From Eledone cirrhosa (Eukaryota), in NCBI GenBank assembly GCA_964016885.1, contig OZ024760.1, positions 29,078,001-29,142,000 on the forward strand: a stretch of 64,000 nucleotides of DNA, read 5' to 3'. The number at the start of each line of letters is the position of its first letter. Position 1 is the stretch's first letter. Shown here piece after piece: positions 54,290 through 64,000 of the stretch. A program made the translations under genes and the position numbers. Below the pieces are notes generated by a model, which was not told the DNA's origin, did no database searches, and worked only from the letters and a program-made list of their open reading frames with translations.

Positions 54290-55780
54290 AGATATCAGTG
54301 CTACTCCAGAATAGTGGAAAACTGCCAGTGTCATTCCTCTGTTCAAAAAGGGTGACCGCACATCACCTGTGAACTATCGTCTAGTCAGTCTTACTAGTTG
54401 CATCGCCAAACTGATGGAATCCTGTGTCAGAGAAACACTTTGGAACTTCTGGAGCTCTCACAGTCTTATCCGGCCCTCGCAATTTGGATTTATCCCCAAC
54501 TCCAGCTGCTGTGATCAACTTATAGAGTTTCTTGAGGACATCACCCGGATCACTGATGGCGGCTCATGGGTGGATGTTGTTTACCTTGACTTTGCGAAAG
54601 CCTTCAATTCTGTGCCACACAAAAGGCTTATGGCAAAACTCTCTGCAATGGGTGTGAAGGATGATCTTTTTAACTGGTTGAAGTCCTTCATTCTCAGTCG
54701 AAGAGAGGTAGTCACGGTTCTGGGACAGCATTCCTCACCATATGAGATGTCATCTGGTGTACCACAGGGATCTGTTCTTGGCTCCCTTTTGTTTGTGGCA
54801 TATATTAATGACATAGATGCCAACTTAAAGAATGCCACAGTACTAAAGTACGCAGATGACATCAAGCTGTACCTTGAGATAAAAAGGACAGATCCTGAAC
54901 ACTATAGATCTTGCTTGCAGTCTGACCTGGACATAATTCAACAATGGATCTCAGACTGGCAACTCAAGCTAGCTGTGGACAAGTGCACCACCATGCATTT
55001 TGGGAGTAAAAACCCAGCGTCCACATACTCCCTCCACAGCACTAATATCAAGAAGTCTTCTTGTGAACGTGACCTGGGCATTACGGTGAGCAGCGATTTG
55101 CGTTGGACGAAGCACGTCTCTAAAATTGTCAAGAGGGCCGAGGGTGTCTTAGCATCACTCAGCAAGACCTTTGTCAGCCGCTCTCCAGATATCTATTTAA
55201 GGCTGTACATGGCTATGGTGCGATCACACTTAGAATTTGCATCACCAGTCTGGAACCCCTATCTTGCTCAGAACATTGACCGCCTGGAAACTGTTCAGAG
55301 ACGTGCAACCAAGCAAATACCCTCCATCAGGCATCTATCATACTCTGAGCGCCTTGCTTCCCTGGGCATGGATACATTGAAGCTCCGACGCCTGGCAACT
55401 GACTTGGTAAACACCCACAAAATTGTTAACCATGTTGCCAACAACAACCCTGAGTACCTTTTTGATTTTCATGTGTCTAACACATGTGGACATGCCCACA
55501 AAGTAAGAAAACAGCACAGTTCCCATGACTTTCGGAAACATTTTTTCACGCTCAGAGTTGCTGAAGCATGGAACAAACTACCTGCATCAGTTGTTAGCTG
55601 TCGAGACACTGCATCCTTTAAGGCCTCCATGCTTCCCGAGATCCGCCAACACTACAGCTAACACATACACACATGTACTTCCCTGACATTTGTGTATTAT
55701 TCTATGTACTATACATACACCTTTGACGAGTTGTAGTGCACCTGAGCACTTTACACAATAATTTCATTATTATTATTATT
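54290..55780 (+). mobile_element. 5'-truncated CR1-clade LINE with open RT frame (54369-55661)
   Basis: NYRLVSLTS, YLDFAKAF, SGVPQGSVLG, YADD, DLG, RSHLEF..VWNP; (ATT)n tail. Confidence 0.95.
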
Positions 55781-55811
55781 ATATATATAGAGATAGATAG
55801 ATAGATAGATA

Positions 55812-58660
55812 TGTTTCTTTATTAGCCACAGGGGCACAAAAAAAGGGGACAAATACAAAGGGGGAAGTTTACATACAATAAAAACGTATAAAATACTATC
55901 ACAAAGGCAATTGAAAAATTAATCGATTTTCCCCAATAGGGGGAGACATTACGTATGGGTAACACAAAATGTGCAACCCTCATCTCCAGGAGTATGAAGA
56001 GTGAGTACCCCCTTCCTCTCTTCCTCTTTTTCCTCAACCTACATACAGGCTGATATAGAGAGAAGGCCCATTCACTCGTGCCACTCTCGCCACTTTCACC
56101 CACCTTTCATAAAACTTGCTGGGGTACAGCACCTCTCTCTCCATCCTGATTCTTCTTCCAAAGTGGTATTTGAAAAAAAGAATCAGTTGTTGGCCGGAGA
56201 GAAAGGTGTCTGACCTCAGCCCTTTTAACCTCGTCCACCATACAACCTCTCTCGCCATAGCTATCACACAAAGGAAAACCGCCTCTCCTTCATTTTTGAA
56301 GGAGGGTGGCGGTTTGATCATGACAATGGACTCGGTGGTCAACCGGATTGGTCCCACCCGCAACAATAGCCGTTCTACATAGTCCCACAGGTCGGTAATG
56401 CCTGGGCAGTGTATGAATGTGTGCGCGACGGTTTCTTCGTCTCACACGCATCTCGGACAGATCTTTTTCGAAGGGTCCCTGCTCGGGCACATATCTGTAA
56501 AGCTTGTCTCGAACTGGTAGAGCTACAGGGACTTTTGGAAGTTGTTCATCAGTCCCGGGCGGAAGGTCCTACCGAACAGACTGGCCAGTTCGTCTTCCTC
56601 TACGCCTAGAGTTTCTCCGAGCGCGTCGTCACACTTGCTGCGGATCAACCCTCTATAGAATGATGAAGTGAAGTCTCCACTGATCGCCGGGTCCGCCTGC
56701 CAGAGGGCTGTGAGCGCCTGAGCACATTCGATGTCCCAGTCACCCATTTTCCTCGGTCTTTGCTTGACCCAGGACTGTAGCTCGGTCAGCGGGCCGAATC
56801 ATGAGAAGGTTTGCCTCACGAACGGGGCCCACACCGGTGAGGAATATGTAGAGATGCCGCAGCCTGAGCGCGTGTTTGCGCATCGTCAGCCCTCCGTTGG
56901 AAGGGTGTTGGCAGCAGATGGATCTTCTCACCAAAGGAATTGGAAGAGCATGTGCTCCATTTTGGTGTGCGTTTTAGCTGGACAAAGCACAACGGTCAAG
57001 CGGTAGTAGATGACGGACGCTATAAAAGTGTTCGCCACCTCCGCTTCACCTTTCAAGGATAGTTTGCACTCGGCCCACTTCTGGGTGAGTGCAAATACCT
57101 TGGCAGTCACCTCGTTCCAGTTCTTCTCCACCTGGTGGTCCAGACCAAACCAGACCCCGAGCAGCTTCACCGGTCCTTCCGTCCAGCGTCCGACGACGCC
57201 ATCGGAAGGCATCGGTTTGCCTCTCCACGGTCCGGTTCAGCTTCGCTCCTGTGAACCTTTCGTATTCCTTCAGTAAGGTGCTGACTTCCTCGATTTACGA
57301 GGCGTTTGACACCATTACTGTCACGTCGTCGGCGTAGATCGACGCCGCTTTCCGCAGTCCTGATTCTAGAGGGATGTCCTGCAATAGCTCCAACTTCCGC
57401 AGTAGTGGCTCGAGAGTCAATACGTACAGAAGGGAAGAGAGAGGGCATCCCTGTTGGATGGATCGCATGATATGGAACGGCTCCGAGAGGTAGCCGTTCA
57501 CCTTGACCCTTGAGCAGATGTTGCTGTTGTGCATTGCAGCAATCCAGCCCCTGAACACGGTTCCGAAGCCTGCTACCTCGAGCACCGCATCCAGGTAATG
57601 ATGGTTAACCCTATCGAAATCCTTAGACTGATCCAAGTTGATCAGGGCCCCACTGAAGCTGGGTTTACACCCTAGTCTCTCTATGATGTATGAGGTGGAA
57701 GTTGTCGTGTATGGACCTGGTCGGGATTGCGCATGTCTGCGCTTCTCCCACCAGGTTTTCGACGATAAGTGCCAGCCTCTTTGCCAACACCTTGGCCAAA
57801 ATCTGTAACTCTGTGTTTAGGAGAGTTATGGGCCGGAAGTTGCCTATGTCATCCCCCTTATTTTCGTCCTTCCTGACTAGTGTGACTATGCCCCTGGTCA
57901 CAGAACTAGGAATTCTCCCATTCTGCTGCCAGTTGCAGAAAGCACCACTCTCACCAAAAGTTACATACTGCTTTGCATCACTTAACAACTCCCTAGCATT
58001 GGAGATGTCAAGGTATGTAAACAGTTCCGTCTTTTGGACGGTTTTTGCGAAGGAAATCTTTTCCTTGTTTGTGGAGTTGTTCGTGTTGCTGTTGTTGTTG
58101 GTGGTGTTGTTGTTATCATCGTTGCTGTTGTTGTTGTTCTTCTTGTTGTCATTATTGTTGTTGCTGTTGTTGTTTTCTGGTTGGTGTTGTTCACATTTTT
58201 CATCGTATTAGTGTTGTTGTTAGTTTTTTCGTGTGTAGTTGTGTCAATTGTTTCATTGTCAACATTTTCTGTGTTTTTTGGTGTCTGTTGTCGGCTGTTA
58301 TTTTCATCTTTTGTTGTGAAAATATCCATTTCTTTACGAAACGAAGTTTTGTTGTTGTTTGTCTCCATAGATACTTCTATGGAAATAGAGGGAGATATAA
58401 CGTTTATATCTGTCTCTTTCCTTCTCTTCTCGCAGTCTAGCATTCGTTGTAAGTCACACATTGTTAAAGTTAGGAAAACTTTTAAAACTTGTCAATTTTT
58501 TAAAACTAAATTTCCGCCCCTGTGGGACGAAAACTGAGATTACCACCCAGCTGACAATTCAGCCTGAGTGTTAATCTACTAAACAATATAAATTTTTACA
58601 CAATAAATTCTGTTTTTGTATGGAAAATTTTACAAAAACTTACCAGCGATCTACCGCACA
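55812..58660 (-). mobile_element. Decayed, internally deleted Tx1/L1 LINE in (GATA)n
   Basis: NFRPITLLN, DQSKDFDRV, QGCPLSSLLY, YADD, KLLGV, zf-RVT over several frames; low-complexity ORF1-like piece 57982-58461. Confidence 0.88.
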
Positions 58661-58769
58661 TCCGATAGAGAGAGAGATAGATAGATAGATAGATGTTTAG
58701 CTGGATAGATTGATAGATAGATAAATAGATAGATAGTCTAATATATTTATATAAATAGATAGGTAGATA

Positions 58770-58840
58770 AATTTCTTTATTAGCCACAAGGGCACAAAAG
58801 AAGGGGACAAATACAAATGGGGAGTTTACATACAGGTATA
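58770..58840 (-). mobile_element. Second Tx1 3' terminus
   Basis: Matches 55814-55875. Confidence 0.75.
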
Positions 58841-58879
58841 TGAAAATAAAACTATTAATAAAATAAAAACTATTAATAA

Positions 58880-59600
58880 ATATTGTTATACTTTGGGAGG
58901 GTCATGTTGCCAATAAGAAACACACGCACCAGAGTTGCTTTCACTAATAATAAAGAATCATCTGTACTCTACCAACATGCTAAGATAGAACACAAGGGTA
59001 AATTAGAGAACATAGAAATAAAAATAGAATCTACACACAGAAAAGACGCAATGTTTAGACAAATCACAGAGGCAATAAACATAAAAGAATTACAACCAAA
59101 ATTAAATAGAAAATATGAGTGGAACAGCAACATCACAACTTACAATTAAGGACAAAATGAAAACACATCCACACATAGAACAAACAACCAACCAGTAACA
59201 TGTAAATAAACAAATAAATAAATGAACATAAACACACACAGACACCCGGATGTGGCGCATGCGCAGACTGAGCACACAACACACACACAGAAACAAAATG
59301 GCGTAGGACAGAACAAAGGAGAGGCACAGAAACAAAGAAAGGAATCCCCAGTCACTGAAGAGGTCACAGAGTGTGTGACGAAAGAACTATGACTATATAT
59401 AAACAACTATCTGGTTGTGGAACCAACCAACCAACCAGAAATTTATAAATTTATAAATATATAATAAATTGAAGTGAAAGCAACTGGTGCGTGTGTTTCT
59501 TATTGGCAACATGACCCTCCCAAAGTATAACAATATCGGTTTCAACACACGATTTCAGATAAAGAATCTTGCTAAACAAATTCAGAAACGAAATATTAAT
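58880..59600 (+). mobile_element. Penelope-like element 3' end: GIY-YIG endonuclease C-terminus, pLTR with hammerhead, inverted 5' pLTR piece
   Basis: SVLYQHAKIEH..FRQITEAINIKELQPKLNRKYEW; 58881-58945 is the reverse complement of 59473-59536. Confidence 0.82.
59350..59394 (+). ncRNA. Hammerhead ribozyme motif in the PLE pLTR
   Basis: AGTCA-CTGAAGA-G-GTCAC..GTGAC-GAAA-GAAC-TA|TGACT. Confidence 0.8.
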
Positions 59601-60294
59601 AAATATATAGATAGATAGATGGATGGATGGATGGATGGGTGGACAGACAGATTCATAGATTCATAGGTAGATATCTATGTAGATTCCTTGAAATTAATTA
59701 CATGAGAATTATATAGAAAGGTAGCCAGATGCACACATAGATAGATATGTTTATGTAGAAATATATAGGTAAGTAAGTAGGGAGGTTGGTAGGTTGAAAA
59801 GTAGGGTCGGAAGGCAGGTAGGTAGGTTGGAATGTAAGGTAGGCAGGCAGGCAGGTAGGTAGGTTGGAATGTAAGGTAGGCAGGCAGGTAGGTAGGTAGG
59901 ATGAAAATTAAGTCGGAAGGTAAGTAGGTAGGTAGATAGGTAGGTTGGAAAGTAAGGTTGGAAGATAGGTAGGTCCGGGGGTGGGTAGGGTTGTTGAAAA
60001 GTAGGTAAGTGTGCAGGAGACTAAGATGTCTAAAAGATAAATAGATAGGAAGACAGTAAGATGTTTTTCTAAGTAAATGTGGAGATTTGATTTTTAGTGC
60101 TAAGTAAATGTGGAGATTTGATTTTTAGTGCTACGTATGGTTCCACATTGTCTAGCTCCAACATTTGTCTTCCATCTCTCCATATATCTCTTGTTTTTAA
60201 ATATTTCTATTTTATATGAGAAAGATGTAAACATATTTTTTAAATCTAATAACCTGTGTGAAGTTGTCATTATATATGTATATATATGTGTGTG

Positions 60295-60327
<33 letters not shown>

Positions 60328-60344
60328 GTGTATATATATATATA

Positions 60345-60687
60345 TACGAGAATGCTGAGGATGGCTCTGAACATTAATAAGTATACACTGAGGATGAAAA
60401 ACTCAGAGCTGTAGGGGAGCCTCCCAAAAGTCAGCTCAAAAGTGACACAGAGGAGACTGAGGTTAGCTGGACATGCTCACCGACATCCAGAGTTGACATT
60501 GCACTCAGTGCTCCTGTGGGAGCCCCTACATGGACACACTGGAAGAGGAAGACCAAGGTTAACGTATGTTGATGCCCTAAGGACAGACACTGGTCTGTTG
60601 GAGATGCAGGACATGGCAGCGATAATGAGGGACAGAGACTGCTGGAGAGAACTCGTCCATGGATCTCGGGAATGTTACCCGCCCTAG
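60345..60687 (+). mobile_element. RTE-like ORF2 C-terminal fragment
   Basis: RRLRLAGHAHRH..LWEP..GRGRPRLTYVDAL..DRDCWR. Confidence 0.85.
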
Positions 60688-60699
60688 ATATATATATAT

Positions 60700-62380
60700 G
60701 TAACCCAGTACTACCTGCCTCATGGTCGGGTCGTCGACGACTAAACCGGCAACCCCACCAAGCTTGCTTGGTGAGGAGGGTGATATTTGGACACCCTTTC
60801 GGAATGAAATACAAGACCCGGCAAAGGGCGGAGGAACTCAACAGAGTCAATGGCCACCCAAATAGTCCTTTTTTTTTTTTTTTTTTTTTACCTGGGAGTG
60901 AAAGGCCCCCAGTTGTTGTCACAGCACCTTTCGATTATTCTGGAGAGATTGGGCTGTCCTGAAAAGTTTGTGAACATTCTGAAACTCTTCCGCGATGACA
61001 TGCAGGCATGGGTGAATGTTGGAGGTAAACTCTCTGAGCAAATCTCGGTTGAAAATGGTGTCAAGCAGGGTGATATACCTGCACCAACTTTGTTTGCCTT
61101 GTATTTCACAATGACCTTCATGGCCTTCAAGGATTGTCAACACGGTATCTATCTCAGATATCGCACTTCTGGCAAGCTGTTTAACCTTAGGCGTCTCACT
61201 GCTAACACTAAGGTACTAAGTAACTTGATCAGAGAATTTTTATATGCAGATGATTGTGATCTCTTTGCACACTCCCAGAGTGACATGCAACACCTTATGG
61301 ATTCTTTTTCCAATGTGTGCACTGCTTTGGGACTGACAATCAGTCTGAATAAGACTGTCGTCATGTACCAACCTGCTCCGGATAAAGTTTTCAATGAACC
61401 CTCCATATACGTATACGGTCAAAAGCTGAAGGCTGCTGGCACATTTGTGTATTTGGGGAGTACTCTGAGTGTGGCCTGCTCTCTGGATGCAGAAGTTGGC
61501 CTTCGTGTTAGTAAGGCAAGTGAGTCATTTGGAAGGCTCAACAACCGTCTTTGGTGCAGGCGAGGAATCACAATGAGGACCAAGGTGAAAGTGTATGCTG
61601 CATGTGTACTGTCAGCTCTGCGGTATGCATGTGAGACATGGGTTGCCGACAAACAGAATATCCACAGACTGGAATGGTTTCACCAGCAGTGTCTCAGAAA
61701 GATGCTCGGTATCAAGTGGAAGATGCATGTGAGTGATGTTGAGGTCCTTGAGAGAAGTGAGTGTCGGAGCATTGAGAGTGTCATCCACCAACGGCATTTG
61801 CGATGGACTGGACACCTCTGCAGAATGGGGGATGATCGAATCCCAAACAACTCTTGTATGGCGAGCTTTGTGAAGGTAAGAGACCATCTCACAAGCCAAA
61901 GCTCCGATTCAAGGATTGTGTAAAGGACTCATTGAAAAAAACTGGTTTGATGATGGCTGACTGGGATATAGAAGCTCTTGAAAGAGAAACTTGGCGTGGA
62001 ATGGTGAATGATGGGGTCCATAATTTTGAGGACAGACGCATAGAGCACGAGAAGATCAAACGGGATGTGCATAAGCAATGCCCTGGAGTATCTCTCGAAA
62101 CGATCGGTGTCTCCATTGAATTGAAGTGCCCTGAGTGTGGAAAAATTTGCTTGAGCAAATCTGGTCTCAGGAGCCACAGTTGCAGCCATGTTCAAAGAGA
62201 ACCAGTGACCTATGATCTCCACGGTGCTGTGAGGGTTCACGGGCAACCTGATGTAGGACCTCAAGCCAGGGAGATCCAGGAGTACAAGTCTCTAGTAGGC
62301 TTCAAAAGCCATATCCAAGCGTCCCACATCTGAATCTAACAAGCGATTGCAATACCCTTGGCAGAGTTTGCAGCCATCAT
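60700..62380 (+). mobile_element. RTE (BovB-like) LINE: putative 5' UTR, poly(T) junction, RT and C2H2 finger
   Basis: GVKQGDIPAPTLF, YRTSGKLFNLRRL, LYADDC, YLGS, LRWTGH; frameshift near 61848; CPECGKICLSKSGLRSH. Confidence 0.9.
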
Positions 62381-62415
62381 ATATATATGTATATAAATAT
62401 GTATATATATATATG

Positions 62416-62467
<52 letters not shown>

Positions 62468-62529
62468 TTGGCTTTTAATATTCATATTCATAAAATCTGT
62501 CAATATGTTTGTTGTATATATATATATAT

Positions 62530-62720
62530 CATCATCATCACCGTTTTACGTCCATGCTAGCATGGGTTAGACGAGTTGTCCTGTTGTGGGCAATGCTAGA
62601 TCATCTGACCATGTCTTGCTCATACGGAACTGATTTGGGCTTTGTTTCTACAGCTGGATGCCTTTCCTAACGCCAACCTCATTTACAGTGAGTACTGGGT
62701 GCTTTTTGTCGTGACACCTA
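62530..62720 (-). mobile_element. RTE/SINE 3' tail
   Basis: Shared tail motif. Confidence 0.75.
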
Positions 62721-63168
62721 CATATATATATATGTGTGTGTGTGTATTTGTATGTATCTGTGTATGCATTTATGTATGTGTGTGTATATATGTGAGGTGT
62801 CTTGCAATAACTCGAAAGAAGTTCTCCAATGTGCTACCAAAAATTTCTTACATAAAAAAAGGAGACATAAAGCTTGGTTTGAAGATTAGGAGCAAGAAAT
62901 TCAGAGGCTTCAGCGGTGATATAAAAGGACTAAAAGATGAAATTAGAAAACTCAAGAACTGTAATTAATTTCAAGGAATCTACATAGATGTCTATCTATC
63001 TATCTAGTCAACCCATCCATCTATCTACCTATCTAGAAAGGTATTTGCAGAGGAGAAGAATCATAGAGAACTCTATGCAACTCTCAATGCAGTATTGGCC
63101 CAAAGTCCAAAAATCTGGACCTTGTGTGATCAAAGAACAAACCTTCTTTCAACACTTGAAGACATTAA

Positions 63169-63959
63169 CCCTTTAGCATTTACATTACTCTATATATACT
63201 ATTGTATTTTCACAGTAAAGGCTTTACCTCACATAATATCTCACATAACATTTACATTACTCTATATATACTATTGTATTTTCACAGTAAAGGCTTTACC
63301 TCACATAATATCTCGCATAACATTTACATTACTCTATATTTACTATTATATTTTCACAGTAAAGGCTTTACCTCACATAATATCTTACGTAACATTTACA
63401 TTACTCTATATATACTATTGTATTTTCACAGTAAAGGCTTTACCTCACATAATATCTCACATAACATTTACATTACTCTATATATACTATTGTATTTTCA
63501 CAGTAAAGGCTTTACCTCACATAATATCTCACATAACATTTACATTACTCTATATATACTATTGTATTTTCACAGTAAAGGCTTTACCTCACATAATATC
63601 TCACAACATTTACATTACTCTATATATACTATTATATTTTCACAGTAAAGGCTTTACCTCACATAATATCTCACGTAACATTTACATTACTCTATATATA
63701 CTATTGTATTTTCACAGTAAAGGCTTTACCTCACATAATATCTCACATAACATTTACATTACTCTATATATACTATATTTTCATGGTAAAGGCTTTACCT
63801 TACATAATTATCTCACAAAATATTGAATCTATGAGATTTTGAAAGTATTTATTTTGAGAACAATACCTTAACATCAGTTTGAGTGACCAGTTACAGCCAG
63901 TTTCAACAGAAAGAGGTAGAGAATTCTGGCCGGTTTTGGCCGGTTTGAACATTAAAGGG
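63169..63959. mobile_element. piggyBac-type MITE containing a 72-bp tandem array (~9 copies)
   Basis: TTAA on both sides, CCCTTTA/TAAAGGG termini; 24-aa periodicity in ORF 63095..63826. Confidence 0.85.
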
Positions 63960-64000
63960 TTAAAGACAGATGGGAATCCAGGGAACTGACATCTGAGACT

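Overview
Repeat-dominated eukaryotic DNA, most likely an octopus/coleoid intron or intergenic region (inferred from the tRNA-derived SINEs, RTE/CR1/Tx1 LINEs and very dense TA/CA/AAC/CAT microsatellites). Almost all listed ORFs are microsatellite artefacts. The real coding remnants are transposon-derived: RTE (7661-9358 with an internal PHD-like finger; 60700-62380), CR1 (54290-55780), Tx1/L1 (46890-47820, 55812-58660), a Penelope GIY-YIG end (58880-59600) and mariner/maT fragments. One candidate host exon lies at 51514-51597. The most notable signal is a population of short fold-back (divergent inverted-repeat) elements sitting in (TA)n tracts. They carry minimal type I hammerhead ribozyme motifs (about 20 complete or partial motifs from at least 8 distinct sequence families), with covarying helices, palindromic helix III, recurrent core variants and a shared ATTGAG/ATCGAG tail motif. 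One such hammerhead lies directly 3' of the Penelope endonuclease remnant, linking the system to Penelope-like elements. All folding and coordinates were done by eye (allow a few nt of error) and no activity is demonstrated.
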